In this document: in pieces, positions 24,390 through 38,669 of the stretch
How the letters are laid out: each line of letters starts with the position of its first letter
Numbering within the stretch: the first letter of the stretch is position 1
Source of the DNA: Vicugna vicugna
Taxonomy: Eukaryota
Length of the DNA: 64,000 nt
Direction: 5' to 3'
Assembly: GCA_013265495.1 (NCBI GenBank)
Contig: MU058584.1
Coordinates: 5,856,407-5,920,406, forward strand
Program-made: the position numbers and the translations under genes
The notes under the pieces: model-generated
The model's database searches: none
What the model saw: only the letters and a program-made list of their open reading frames with translations
What the model was told of the DNA's origin: nothing

Positions 24390-24990
24390 CTTTAGGTGAG
24401 GCTGAGGAGAACGTTCACTTCCTACTTTGCTGGTGTGGATGTGAAACAGCACCACTCTTATGGAAAGGAATTTAGCAATAACTAGCAAAATTACACATGG
24501 ATTTATTCTTTAACCAAACAATCCAATTTCTAGAGATTGGGGGTGAAGATTCACTCCAGCAATATAAAAATATATATGCACAAGGTTATTCATTATGATC
24601 TAATTTTAATAGCAAAATATTGGGAACAATCTAAATGGACAAAATAGGAGACATTGAATAATCTATGGTACATCTATACAACGGAGTACAATTCCATTAT
24701 ATTGTTAATTTAAAAAAAATCAATTGTCATTATTAAGGGCTGTATTACCATTGGGTAAAGATCACTGGGGAACAAGACATTCGTATAGTTTCAAGTTAGC
24801 ACCTTACATGTAATTTACATGTTACAAACGGGATAAGATGCCTTTACAATGGAGAAATCTGACAGGTACCACCTTAATCTAGTGACCAATTCAATGATCA
24901 CCAGTAATGTATCAGATTGAATCATGTGTCTCTTAACATGATACAAATACCATGTTCAGGAAGGATATGAATCATCAGTGTGGTGTTCTG
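24390..24990 (+). mobile_element. Old L1M (L1MC/ME-like) fragment
   Basis: ttggtgaggct...tgctggtg...accactcttatggaaaggaatttagcaata...tatggtacatctatacaacggagtac. Confidence 0.65.
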
Positions 24991-27649
24991 TGCTGAGCAG
25001 CAATCAAGGTAAAAAACAGTTTTGTTACTTACTTTCCAGCATTGTTGGTTTGAATCCATTCTGAAGATCTTAGATTCTGTATTTTCTTGTCAGCTCAGTA
25101 ATTCATTTAAGAAGATGGTTTTTGTATTTTATTCAGTATCTTGGTTGCTTTAACATGGAAGGTATTTCAAGGTTTCTAACTCATCAAATGGCTGGGAGTG
25201 GGAAACGGCATGGTTTCTTTTGAAAATAACTCTACGCTTAATTGTGTGTGTCACTTAGATTCACAGAGCCCTCCCTGAGAATGTGGCAAGGGCTATAAAA
25301 ATGTTTATACCCTTTTATTCGATAATATGGCTCTTGAGAATTTATTCTAAGGAAATAATTTAATAGTAACAAAACGCTTAACACATGCTGTGACAATTTG
25401 ACTTGGGCAACCAAATACTGGAAACATCCACCTGGGGAATCATTTACGCTGTAAACACTAAAATTCTCATTAAGAAGATTACGGTGACACGGAAGATGGT
25501 TCTGTTGCTAAATTTGAAAAGTTGAACATTAAATTTTCTTACATACCAATTGCAACTTCTCGGAAAATGTATGCACAGAAGGATAAGATGATACACAAAA
25601 CAGATATGCTAGATTGGTGGCATTATGGTTGCTTGTTCTAATTTCTTTTTAACATTTTGATATATCATTTTGGTTTTAATATGCAAAAGAATTTGCCACT
25701 CATCTTTGCCCCTTCAAGAAGAAAAGAGATGTGTTCGATTATTCTGGTCTTACTGAAGTTTTGGCAGCTTGCTGACGTGTGAAATGGGCATACTAACTCC
25801 ACTTTCAATGAGATCGTATTTAAAAATTAGCCCAGTAATTGGCATATGGAAAATAATAAATAGCCATTGAGGTTTTGTCTCATATTTGAGCATGGTGGGG
25901 TGAAGGTGGGAGGGGTCAGTGACCCCCTAGAGGCCCAGTGAGGAGGTGGCAGCATCAATCCCTGAGAGAGAAGATCTGGGGGAGGATGGTGGTTCCAGCA
26001 GACAGCAAGGTGAGAATTCGGGGGCAGATACTACTTAAGAAGCAACTGTTTATGAACCCCTTCCCTCAAAAGGTTTCCCCTTCCGCAGTGAGGCAGGAAA
26101 GGGAGCCAGGTTTGCGTTTAGCTGTTTACCACGCTGTTTAATCTGACTTCAGTCTTTCGTGTCAGCTCGAGCTGGAATGTAGACCTGACTTTAAGTCCCT
26201 GTTCAGCCACTTACAAAGTGACCCTGGGCAAGACACTTGCATTCCCTCTGAACCTCAGTTTCTTCATTTGTAAAATGGGAATATTAATCCACACCCCACT
26301 TGTCTTTTAAGTGTTTTGTAAAGTCTCAAACCTAAACATAGCCAAGTTGCTATTTTCATCATGTTGGTAAGGCTACTTCAAGATATGACAGGGGAAGTGC
26401 TTGGTTTAAATCCACTGGCACATTCCAGGTTCAGAGAGTATGGAATTAAAAGACTTTATCCTCAAAAATGACTTCCATCCTACTTTTTGATTGTCATTCT
26501 CCATCACCAAACCCTCAGGAAATGGCAAACTTTGCATGATTAAAAATAAATCTTGTTTAGTGTTTGACACCCACATATTCAAGCCATGTATTGAAAACTG
26601 GTTACATTTGTGTTGCCTGTATAGAAATCAGGGAGATATTATTAAGGAGAAAGAGGAATACACATTTGTCAGCAAATACGCCAGCTTTTATAGAATATCC
26701 TAGACAGTGGACAATCCCCAGGGATTTGTGGCCACTAACAGTACTGAATTGTGGATAAATGGGGAAGTCAAAATGGAGCTCCTACAAGTTTGTGTGAGGA
26801 CAAATGGATGGCCCGAAAGATAAGAGGTTGTGAAATATTAGTGGGTGTAAATATTGTTACAATGTGCTCTGGAAGAAATTTTGTGAGTAGCAATCAGACT
26901 TTTACCCATTGACCCAGCAATTTCATTTCTTTCTTCAAAATATCCATGTAGATATACATATAAAAAGTTACTTATTGAAGCAAAAAGAAAACAATCTAAA
27001 CTATGGTATGTCTAAGCCATCAAAATACTACACCACCACTAGAAATATTAATATAGACATCATTTTTGGTGAACTCAGGTTGGGTCATAAGCAACTGATT
27101 TCTTAGCATTGCACCCCTGAATTGGACTTACCCCCTCAGTCACTGACTTCATATGGCCAACACAAGTCTTATCCTGTAGGGGCAGCGGCCTTTTCTCACG
27201 TATCAGAGCAGGACACTGGTTCTCTGTGGACATGCAGATCCCAAAGAGAAGGGAGGGAGAAGATGAGATATTATGGGGTCAATTCCTTCTCCTGATCTCT
27301 CCCATGTAAGGAGGTGGACAGTGACTGAAAAGATTACTCCAGTGGACCTCACATCATATTAATAGCCTTTTGCCTAGTGTAGCACTCATTTTATGCTTTT
27401 TAAAGAAAAATGTCTGTCTCATTTATTTTCCATAACAATTAGCACAGTGGCTGATATGAGAAAAAGTCTCAATAAAAGCTGAGTGAATGAAGTAAGGATA
27501 GGAGTAGCAGATCTCATGCAAAGAAAACTATGAGCCAAATACTGACATTATCCTGAAAGCAGGAGATTTAGTACAGGCAGAAAGCATGTACTTGGAATGT
27601 AGAAAATGTCAGTTAAGGCCAGGAAGAAAACATCTTTGTCTTATCTTAC

Positions 27650-28420
27650 CCACCCACGTCTCTGAAGCTTGTTTCAGTTTTCTTTTTTTCTGTTATATCC
27701 AACCTTTTAGCTCTTCAAACTGGATAATTCTAATTTAGCTAACTTTAAGTTCATTAACTTTATTTGGTCACCTCCAATCTGCTGGTAAGTCCATCCAGCA
27801 AATTTTAAAATTTTAGACACCATATTTTTTGTTCTAGAATTTCAATATTTTTTGTCATTTCCATTTTTCTGCCTGAGATTTCCTATTTGTTCATTAATTA
27901 TGACCATATTTTTCTCTACATTATTGAGCATAATTATAATAGCTGATCTATAATTGTTGTCTCAGATTCTAACACCTGAATTATTTTGGTGTCAGTCTCT
28001 AATACATTGACTTTCTTAAAAAGTGTGGGTCACATTTTCTTATTTATTCATATACATAATAATTTTTTGTTGCCATGCAGACATTTTGGACTGTTCATTG
28101 TAGAGACTCTGGACTCTTTGAGGAGTATAGAGTTTTATTTCCACCAGGCAGGTAACTCGATTGAACTCAAAATCCAAACTCTAGCTCCTTCATAATGGGC
28201 AGCAGCAGAAATCTTTGTCCAGTTCTTTGAGCTTTAGCCATATGCTTGGCATCTACCATTCATACATGTAGTTCATGGGTCTGCTGGAGATTTGGGCACA
28301 TTATATACAGAATTTAATGATCCCTTTCTCTGAATTTCTACTTTTCTAGATTTTCCATTTGCAGCTGCTGTGGTTGCCCTGAGCTCTGCCCTCTGAACCT
28401 TCAATCACTGAAGATTCAGA
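27650..28420 (-). mobile_element. Old L1ME-like fragment
   Basis: tctttaagttcatt...aatctgctggtaagtccatccag...gttctagaatttc, typical of antisense L1M 5' region. Confidence 0.5.
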
Positions 28421-28489
28421 GATTGTTATTATGTCGTTTGTGTTGTTAAATACAATGTCCCCCATTGTATTTATAAAAAAGAAAATGTA

Positions 28490-28740
28490 TTGGTTGTTTA
28501 TGGCATAGTGCAGTAAAGAAAGTACTGGTCTTTGCAGCCAAAGAAACAAGGTTAGAATCTCAGATTCTCACTTATTAGATCTGTAACCTTGAGAAACTCA
28601 TTTATTCTTGAAAAATAACAGGTGTCTCATTTGTAAAACAAAATTAATAACATCTGTTTTGTGGATTGCTGTGAGGGCAAGAGATAGCTAACATAGCCTG
28701 GCCTGGTGTTGGGTAGAAAACAGTGCTCAAAAAATAGAGT
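28490..28740 (+). mobile_element. MIR SINE
   Basis: atggcatagtg...ctgtaaccttgag...ctcatttgtaaaaca...gattgctgtgagg. Confidence 0.65.
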
Positions 28741-28784
28741 TTGGTTTTTTTTTTTTTTTGGTAAAATAGTAGCAATAGCATTTT

Positions 28785-29545
28785 TTAAAGATAGACTATC
28801 TTTAGAGCAGTTTTAGGTTCAGAGGAAAGTTAAGCAGAATGTACAGGAATCCCATATAACTCCTTACCCCTCCCCATGCACAGCCTCCCCCACTATCCTC
28901 AGGCCCCGCTAGCGTGGCACATTTGTTACCGCTGATATGTATCCACCACTGTAGTATCATACAGAATGTTTCCACTGCCCTAAAAACCCTTCGTGCTCCA
29001 CCTGTTCATTCCTCCCTCCTCCCAACCCCTGGCAACCAGTGATCTTTTTATTGTCTCCATAGTTTTGATTTTTCCAGAATGTCATATAGTTGGAATCATA
29101 CAATGTGCAGCCTTGAAAGATGACTTCTTTCACTTAGGTAATATACATTTAAGTTTCCTTCATATCCTTTCACCGCTTGGTAGCTTACTTCTTTTTAGTA
29201 CTGAGTAACATTCCATTGCATGAACGTACAAGAGCTTATCCATTCACCTACTGAAGGACATCTTGGTTGTTTCCAGGTGTTGACAAATGTGAAAAAGAAC
29301 AGCTGCTATAAACAGTGTGTTCAGGCTTTTATGTGGACATAACTTCTCAATTCATTTGGGTAAATACCAAGGAGCGGGATTGCTGGATCATATGGTAAGG
29401 GTGTATTTAGTTTTGTAAGAGATTACCAAACTGCCTTTCAAAGTAGCTTTACCATTTTACATCCCCACTAACAATGGATGAGAGTTCCTGTTGGCCCATT
29501 TCCCCCCTCCCCTGGCATTTGGTGGTGTCAGTGTTTTGAGCATTA
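28785..29545 (-). mobile_element. L1MB/MC-like 3' fragment
   Basis: tagagcagttttaggttcagagg...cccctggcaaccagtgatct...tgctggatcatatggtaag. Confidence 0.85.
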
Positions 29546-30374
29546 CATTTTGATGTAATTTCCCCAGATTTTCTTTTTCAAGGAAGTACGATAACAGATA
29601 ACAGAGAAAGGATATATGATGACAGTGCTGTCTTTTATTTGTAGCCCATCAATTAATGAGATGCTCCAGTCACAGTTGGTATATGTAACTCTGATCCTCC
29701 CCTCCCAGTATCACCATCCTTGCGGTTGACATGCACAAGAAAGAAAGGAAGTTCCCCTGTGTCTCAAGCTTACACTGGTTGTGCTCTTTGTAGGCTCCCT
29801 GTGAGTGAAGCATGACTTTTGCTTTAGTTAAATGAAATATTCCTCTGCATTGTTTTCAGACTGGTTGAAGTGCTGCCACATCTTCTGAATTAAATTGTAA
29901 GCTCCTGCAGAGCAAAAGCTGTATTTATGTATGCTAGTGCGATACTGTAGCACACATAATAAGCCGTTCTATATTGTTACAGGAATTGATTCTTTCTGAG
30001 TTAAAGATAACTCCTACAGTAGTATGTCGACATCATTAATTCCCCATTTCGCACTGAGCCCCTGCTCTGTGAAAAATGAACTGAATCAGCATGAGAGCTA
30101 GAGATGGATGATCACGCACAGCAATTATGGTTTTCTGAGAGTCTCTTATGTCATCAGTTCCCTCCCAGGCCTCTTCTCCTGCTGGACAATATGTGGCACA
30201 AGAAAAATTCAGCAGATAAGTTTGCTCAGTGCACAAATTCTTGATCACCTCCCACGGTTCACTAGTGAAACAGGATAGTGCCTCATAAATTGTCTGGTAT
30301 GTAGTAGGCACTAGAGAAATGTTTGTTGAATACATGAATAAATCAAGGAATGAATTCTTACCTTTAGATAACTT

Positions 30375-30958
30375 AGTAGGCACAGTCATGGACCTCCCCA
30401 AATGCCCAAAGTCTAGTTCCCAGAACTTGTGACTAGTTGCATGATACGGCAAAAGGGAATTTCCTGGTGCAATGAAGAGTACAGGCCTTGAGAGAGTGAG
30501 ATTATCCTGCATTACCCATATGGGCCCAATCTAATCACGTGAGACCTTAAAAACAAGAAACCTTTCCTTCTAAGTTATTAAAGGATGAGATTCAAAGTGA
30601 AAGAATGAGTTTTCCCACTATTTCTGGCTTTGAATGTGGAGGAAGGGGGCCACAAGCCTAGGAAGGTGGACGGGTAGCCTTGAGAAACTAGGAAAAGGCC
30701 TCACTTGACAGCAAGCAAGAAAGCAGGGACTTTAGTCCTAAAACCACAAGGAATGGAATCTGCCAACAACTCAAATGAACAAGAAAGAGGATCTTCCTCA
30801 AGAGCCTTCAGAGAGGAACACAGCCCTGTGACACCTCGATTTTAGCCAGGTGAGACCTGCATCAGACTTCTGACCTACAGAACTGTAAGATAATACATTT
30901 GGGTTGTCAGCTGCTATATTTGTGATCATCATTACTGCATCAGTGGAAAGCTAATAGA
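30375..30958 (+). mobile_element. MLT1 (MaLR) solo LTR
   Basis: gagattatcctg...tgggcccaatctaatcac...acacagccctgtgacacctcgattttagcc...ttctgacctacagaactgtaagataa. Confidence 0.88.
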
Positions 30959-32714
30959 GAAATAATTGAGAGTGAGCTCTTCCTTGAAAATTTTGCAGGT
31001 ATCTGGGCCTATGCTGGACAATCTTCTCAGCAGATTAGCTGGTTCTACAGTAAACTATTATGTCTAGTCCTCCAGCCTCACTTTCTTAGGCTCACTCTGT
31101 ATCCAGTATATCCAGAGGAAAGTCAATGCGGGACCCTGAGTAGCTGGGAAGAAATGATGGGATTGGAAATGAGTTGCACTCCAAGCAAGAAGACAAGTGG
31201 TAGGAGTCTGGCCTCTTTTTCTCATGTGTCTAAAGGCTGCAGTCTTGTGAGTTTTTCCCCTTTGAGGCTGGTGTTGACAATCACAGTAACCATGGAGCAT
31301 ATGAAGGATGTAACACTAATAATGACTCTGACTTCCAAGGACGCCAGTGTCCCACAGCACTAGTTGAACAAAGCTGGTTGGAAATGAGCTTAAGTGGGGG
31401 ATTTCCTGAACATATTCCCTATTGTTACAAAGCTGGGTTGGCTTCCTTGCCTACAATTATGCCGTGTGGCCACACTCCATAGCCCCAAGGGACATGATAT
31501 TAGTGATTCATTTCAATATAAGCAGCTTCTTAATAGACATTTATGCGAAAAGCAAGAGCAAGTGGCTTTTCCACCAGAAGTGGAAGTGGCCCCCCAACTG
31601 GAAAAGAAGAGAGACAGAGGGTCTCCAAGAAGCCACTGGATGGATTGGCACCTGACTCTGCATTGTACATGTCCCTTATTGTACTTCCCAGCACTGACAG
31701 GGCCTTTATTTCAGAATACCAATTTGATGAGTATTAAGTCATGTCTCTGAGAATTTTATCCGAGTGTAATTTGTTCCTTGGACAAGGAAGACCTAGCTTG
31801 GTGTCTGGAGTCATGTGGTTGACCCACCTGGATAAGTATAGTTAGTAACAAGTGTTACTAACTTAACTTCAACTTAAATTCTGTTGAATGTCCAGAGTGT
31901 TGACCAGAAACAAGTGTGCTCTGGCTCATCTCACAAACAATTGGGAATTTTCCTTCAGAAATCTTAAATGAAGATATTTAGTAACTAAGTCATCAAGGCA
32001 CAATTATTATTAACTAACTCCAAGGTGATTTTTAGGGACTATTTTACAAATTATTACAGCTGATAGTGAATCCAAGCTAACAGACTCTGCCGTATGATTG
32101 ACAGTGTCCACACTGCTAAAATAAGTTGTTTCATAAATACAGTAGGATTAGTTCACAGTTTCTACTGACATGTGGCTAGAGCTCTGCCAAGACTAAGTCT
32201 ATGTTTTCCAATCTGCCACTCCATAGGGAGATTTGAGTTTACCTGGAAATTGAGACATGCTTCCATGTGACCAGCTAGTCTATTTCACTTCTCTGTGCCT
32301 TAAGAATTAATACACCTGCCAACTCTATAATACCTGCTCTGAACTTGACAAAAAAAAAATCTCAAGCTGGGACATCATTATATGAATACGTAGATAGTCA
32401 TAATTTTTGGTGAATAGTGATGATCATCTGTCTTCTCTTCTGTTTGAGAGATAGGAGATACAATGGGTCTATCCAAGTAATGGATTTAACATAGAACTAT
32501 GTGAGAGAGAGGACTCTAAGGTGGCTCTCAATGTCTGGTTTGGGTAGTAAGTGGTTATGTTAGTCAAGACAGAAAATAAAGGAGGGCTACTGGTGTGTAG
32601 GGGGAAGATAATAAGCTCATGTTTTAACAAGCCGTGAGATGTTTAGGTCAGTTCACCCAACAAGCAATTGGAAGAAAAAGTCTAGAGCTTAAGAGAGAAG
32701 TGTAACTGAAAGCT

Positions 32715-33845
32715 GATGGGATTGTAAAATGGTGCCAACACTCTGGAAAATAGTTGGGCAGTTTCTTAAAATAAACGTGTTCTTACTGTACAACCCAGCA
32801 ACTGAACTCTTGAGCATTTATTCCAGAGGAATGAAAAAACGTCTGTTTATATAAAACCTGCAAATTAATGTTTACAGAAGCTTTATTCATTAAAAAACTG
32901 GAAGCCATCCAAATGTGTCCTTTAGTGGATAAATGGTTAAACATATGTGGTATATCCACATACAATGGAATATTATTCAGCCACGAAAAAGGAATGAAAT
33001 TTTGCCATTTGCAGCAACATGAATGGACCTGGAGGGCACTGCACTTAGTGAAATAAGTCAGACAGAGAAAGGCAAGTGCTACATGTTATTACTTATATGT
33101 GGAATCTAAAAAATAAAACAAATGGATATAACAAAACAGAAGAAGATTCACAGACTTAGAGAGCAAACTAGTGGTTGCCAATGGGAAATGGGAAGAGGGG
33201 AGGGGAAGGTAAACATAGGAATAAGAGAGACAAACTACTATGTATAAAATAAATAAGCTACAAGGATATATTGTACAGCATAGACAATATAGCCAATATT
33301 TTATAATAACTTTAAATGGAGTATAAGCTAAAAAAATATTAAATCACCTGGTGTACACCTGAAACTAATATAATATGTAAATCAACTATACTTCAATTTT
33401 TTTAAAAAAGAAATGAATTATAGGTATGAACTACAATTTGATTAATACATACAACAATATGGATGATCTTAAAGGGATTAATGATGAGTAAAAAAAATTA
33501 TCAAAATGGTACATGTTATGTGATTTCATTTGCATAACATTCTAAAATAACAAAATTATAGAACTAGAGAACAGAGAGTGGTTGCCTATGATTTGGAATA
33601 GGAAGTGGGAAAAGTGAGGGATGTAACTGTAAAAGGGTAGCAAAAGAGAGCCTTGTGGCTGGAGAGTTCTGCACCTTGTTTGAGGTGGTAGTTACATGAA
33701 TCTACATGTGTGACAAAATTACACAGAACTACACACATGCATACACATATACAAGCATATAAAACTGGTGAAATCTGAGTAATCTCTGTGTATTATACCA
33801 ACATCAGTATCCTAGTTTTGATATTAGACTATAGTTATACAAGAT
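32715..33845 (+). mobile_element. Composite L1 3' ends: older L1M with a younger L1 3' end (~32990-33410) nested inside
   Basis: tgtaaaatggtg...atggataaatgg; atggacctggagggc...gtgaaataagtcagacagagaaa...aatcaactatacttcaa; older 3' UTR resumes after 33410. Confidence 0.8.
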
Positions 33846-34075
33846 CAGCTGATTTTAAGTAAAGGAGATTGCCTTCAAAATGTGGATGAACCTCGTCTGG
33901 TCAGTGGAAGGTCTTAAGAGCAAAAACTGTGGCTTCCCAGAGAAGAAGAAATTCTGCCTCAAGACTGCAGCAGAAAATCCTTCCTGAGTTTCCAGTCCAC
34001 TGGTCTGCTCTACAAATTTCAGACTTGCTGGGCCCCATAATCATGTGAGACAGTTCCTTAGTATAAATCTCTTTG
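33845..34075 (+). mobile_element. MLT2-like (ERVL) LTR fragment
   Basis: aagtaaaggagattgcc...ttcccagagaagaagaaattctgcctcaagactgcag...tcatgtgagacagttcctt. Confidence 0.8.
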
Positions 34076-34114
34076 TATATGCTGATACAGTGGATGATTA
34101 TAGCAGCTTCATTT

Positions 34115-35010
34115 GTTTTATTTTATTTAAAAAATTTTTAATTGAAGTACAGTCAGTTACAACATATCACTTTCTGGTGTACAGCACAATGTTCCGGTTA
34201 TTCATATACATACATATATTTGTTTTCATGTTCTTTTTTATTAAAGATTACAATGAATATATATATGTTCCTATATGACTGAAGCATTGCGTGGTACACC
34301 AGAAATTGATACAACATTGTAAACTGACTATACTTCAATAAAAATATATTTTAAAAAGGTTATTGCAAGATATTGAATATAGTTTCTTATGCTATACAGA
34401 AAAAACTTTGTAAATCTACTTTTATATATAGTTGCTAACATTTGCAAATCTCAAACTCTCAAATTTATCCCTTCCTACCCCCTTTCCCCCAGTAACTATA
34501 AGATTGTTTACTATGTCTATGAGTCTGTTTCTGTTTTATAGATGAGTTCACTGGTGTCCTGTTTTTTTTTTTTAGATTCCACATATGAATGATGTCATTT
34601 GTCTTTCTCTTTCTGGCTTAATTCACTTAGAATGATGATCTCTAAGTCCATCCATGTTGCTGCAAATGGCATTATTTTATTATTTTTAATGGCTGAGTAG
34701 TATTCCATCGTATAAATATACCACAACTTCTTGATTGAGTCATCTGTTGATGGACATTTAGGTTGCTTCCATGTCTTGGCTATTGTATATAGTAATGCTA
34801 TGAACATTGGGATGCAGGTATATTTTCAAATTAGAGTTCCCTCTGGATATAGGCCCAGGAGTGAGATTGCTGGATCATATGGTAAGTCTGTTTTTATTTT
34901 TTTAAGGAATCTCCATACTGTTCTCCAGAGTGGCTGCACGAGACCACATTTCCACCAACGGTGTAGGAGGGTTCCCTTTCCTCCACAGCCTCTCCAGCAT
35001 TTGTTACTTG
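34115..35010 (-). mobile_element. Lineage-specific L1 3' fragment containing an oppositely oriented ~100-bp L1 3' end (~34254-34355)
   Basis: ORF2 C-terminus [22 protein letters not shown] (34595..34807) and 3' UTR motifs in both orientations. Confidence 0.88.
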
Positions 35011-36069
35011 TAGATGTTTACTTTTAATTTTCATTCAATAACCTTTCCATTCAACAAATTTAACAACTATTTAGTAAACTCCAAGTCAGAATAAGATTAT
35101 TGCCTTTAAGTAGATTACAGACATGTTTGAAATTTTATTTGCTAACTGAGAAGTAGAAAAATAAGTATGAGCAGTAAGTCCTGTGATAGGAGAAGTGGTA
35201 GTACATAGAACAGGAGAAACGATCCAGTCTGGAAGATGAAAAAGATACTTGTAAAATCAGAGTGAATTCGTATATACAGTTGATGTTTGCTTGTTTTTCC
35301 CTCCTCAGTTGTCTGCCCTAATGAAATGTCTTTTACAAATGACAAATTCCCATTCTTAAGTTCAAGGATGTTGTCCAGATTAAATATCATATGTCTGACT
35401 TTGACTTAATAATATGCCCACGAGACTTGGTACTTAAAGACCAATTCCCGAAAAACATCACTCCTTAGAAAACATGCTGCGAAGAGCTAAGGGGCCCAAG
35501 GACACAGGAGTAAGGAATGAAAAGCCATCAGTTTACATAGGAAACACCTTGGTTAACCTAGCCTTCAAAATTTTATTACTATATTAGTCACTAAACTGTT
35601 TTCTGATTGCTATGGTAACAGACTATTTAAAACTAGCCTTCATTAAAATTTGTCACACCATTGTCTCAATGAAACTACCAACATTTTTCTTGTTATTGAC
35701 ATTTATGGGAACATCCAATTCCAAGAAGAAAAGAAGACCTCTGAACTTTCTAAATGAGGACTCTGAGTAGGAAGCAGTTTGGCAAGATTCTCAACCATCA
35801 CCACAGAAGAAACGAAGTCCAAGAGCAAAAAAGTCAGTCGAAATAAGTCAGGCAAAGATGGATACAGGGCGGGAAGAGCATCCAAGGAAAGAGAACATGT
35901 GCGAAAGTCCCAAAGTGGTGAACAGTGATAGTACGTGGTCAAAGTCAAGGAGACTTCGGAGAACTGGATAGTGAAAGGTAAGGCAACATAAGGAAGCAGG
36001 GACCAGCTTGTAAGCCCTGTGAAGTGGACTGTATCCTAAATGCAGCAGGGAGCTCCTGAAGCATGCTGC

Positions 36070-37500
36070 TAATATCGATTGCGAGCCTTTTATGTGGAGA
36101 GCTCCTTTCTAAGCACTGAGGACACAGCAGTGGGTAGGTCAGATGAAGCCCCGGATCTCACGGAACTGATACTCCAGAGAGGGAGAGGAAAACAGTAAAT
36201 AAGTAAACATATAGTCGAACGAGGTGATTTCAGATGATGACATCTATTGTGAAGAAAAGAAAACAAGGTTTTGGATCATGACAAGGTGAGGAAAGGAAAG
36301 CTACTTAGCTTTGGATGTTTAGAATAGACTTCTCTAAAAATGAGACCACATTTGAACTGAGACCTGAAGGATGCCAGGAAGCTAGGTGTGCAAAGATGTG
36401 GGACAGACGTGAATAGTAGGTGCAGGTGCTCTGAGGCGGGAGCAAGCTTGGTCTGTTCACGGAACAAAGAGAAGGCCCATGTGCCTAGAGTGTCGTGAAC
36501 TAGGAAGGAAAGAGTGGTGTATGCGGAGGCTGCACTTATAAACAGGGTCGGATGACAGAGTTTCTCATAGCTCATGAAAAGGAAACTAGATTTTATACCA
36601 AAAGCATCTGAAAACCAGGAGAGGTTTTAAGGTAGGGTGAGAGGCTTGATTTATATTTTTAAAAGATAATGGAGGAGAATTAATCATGAAAGGGCAGGAG
36701 TAAAATAAATTAGGGGCTATTTCAGAAGCCCAGACGAGGGCTGGATTAGGACTGTAGCAGTGGAAATAAATAAAAGTGGCATATATTTAATAAGGTCTAT
36801 TGTGGAGGTAGAAATACAGTCTGTTTATAAATCATTAATGGGAGCAAGGAAAAGGGAGAAATTAATAATAATTCCTAGGTTTGTGCCTCAAGAATTGAAT
36901 AAATGTGTGCTATGAATTTAGATTAGGAAGCTTGGAAGGAAAATAGGAATCACAAGCTTTGTTTTGCCAAATTCATCTTGAGAGTCCTATTAGACATGCA
37001 AGTAGAGCTTTCCAGCAGGTGGTTACCTATGCGTAGAGTTCAGCACAAAGGTAAGGGACAAAGGAAGTAACCTGAGGGTGGTTGGCATATGCATGGCATT
37101 TAAAGCCATGAGAGCAAATGAGATGCTTACTTGGAGCAGATGAAGATAAAGACGCAATGAAGGCCTAGAACCCTGGGATGCATGTAGGTGGTTATCAGAG
37201 GAATAGGAACGGGCCAAGGAGATTGAGACTGAGCAGCCAGTAGGGTGGGGAGGAAAACCAGGAAGCAGCAGCAGCATAGAAGGCAGGAGAAGAGAGGGCT
37301 TTAACAAGGCAGTCATCAACTGTTGGGCAGTTGAGTAACGTAAGGACAGAAGAGTGGCCACTGGATTTGGAAATACAGAGTGAAAAGCCCTTTGTGTAGA
37401 ACGGTTGAGGGAATAATGAAACATGAGCCAATGTAACATGCAAGTAAAGACAATACTTTGGAGACATTTTCCTGTAAAAGGGAACAGAGACATGGCAGCT
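36070..37500 (-). mobile_element. L2 LINE fragment
   Basis: ctaagcactgaggacacagcagtg...catttgaactgagacctgaaggatg...ggcatttaaagccatgag...gaggaaaaccagg. Confidence 0.85.
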
Positions 37501-37647
37501 TAGCTTGGCTTATCTTTCCATGGGAAATGTAAACAGTTTGAGACCAGGGACAGTGTTTTATTCTTCTTTGTATACATCTGTACCACTTAGCATACAGCTG
37601 TACTCTTAAGTGTATTCTCAATTCTTATTGACTGAATGACTGGTTAG

Positions 37648-37681
37648 ATGATGGATAGATGGATGGATGGATGGATGGATG
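37648..37681. repeat. (GGAT)n microsatellite at an L2-type tail
   Basis: atggatagatggatggatggatggatggatg. Confidence 0.85.
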
Positions 37682-38609
37682 ACTTGTGATCTGCCAAGAA
37701 GAGGACACTGGCAACAGAAAGAAAGCAGCACTGGATTCAGGAAGCTTTAAATTTCTGTTCTGACTTTGATGCCAGTGGAACATTGAAAGTAAGCACAGAA
37801 GAATCCCAAGAAAATTGGAGGCAATCATTTGCTTAGAATTTCAAAAAGGATCATTGACATTAACATGTTTCTGGTGGAAAACTTTTGGTGTCTCATTAGT
37901 TGCAATTAATATCTTGCAAAGTTGCTTCCTGTTCAGGACAAAAAGCTTGAAGCCCCATTTGGAAAGTCCCAAGGTTCACTGGGGTCCTTAGGATTAACTG
38001 TTTCCAAAACTCTGTCAATAACAAGAAAGTCACTAACTGACTACTCTAGACAATGGAAAGACAATCTCAAGCAAGATTTGTTTTAAGAAGACACTTTCCA
38101 TGGCAATCAGACAATAGTCATCAGTGACTAATATGGTAAGACAAAGAGTGTCAGTTGTTTCCCCCATCCTCTTGGCTTGCTGTATTTTACCTTTTCACCC
38201 TCTGTTCCTGAAATTGTCAAATCCATAAACTTACCAAGGGTTGACTAGCCTCTGGAGAATTGCTGTACACTCAGTAAACTTACCAGTGGATTTATAATCC
38301 ATGGTGATAGCTAATAGTAAATATGAACTGAAAATAAAAGTTTTTCATTTATAAATGGCTTCCCTTTCTCAGAGCAATTACTGCATAAAAATGTCATGCA
38401 AACAAAATTAATCTTTGGAGTCCCTCTTTCCCATTTTTTTTTTTTGTCATCTCCTTCCATGGGTACCAGAGGTATCATGGCCCCTGGGCCTCACCTCTAC
38501 AGGAAAAAAAGGTGATTCAGTAAAATAATCTACATGAAAGTATTAATGTTCTAATGTAATTATAATTGTATTTTCAAAGGGACCTCAAGGGGAGAAACAA
38601 ACTAAGCGT

Positions 38610-38636
38610 TCATAGATGGATAAATAAAATGTGGTA

Positions 38637-38669
<33 letters not shown>

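Noticed and set aside
30036..37621. Longer intergenic ORFs (30036..30512, 31394..31750, 37023..37493)
   Set aside because: Two overlap MLT1 or L2 remnants; none shows a recognisable protein family or supporting exon structure.
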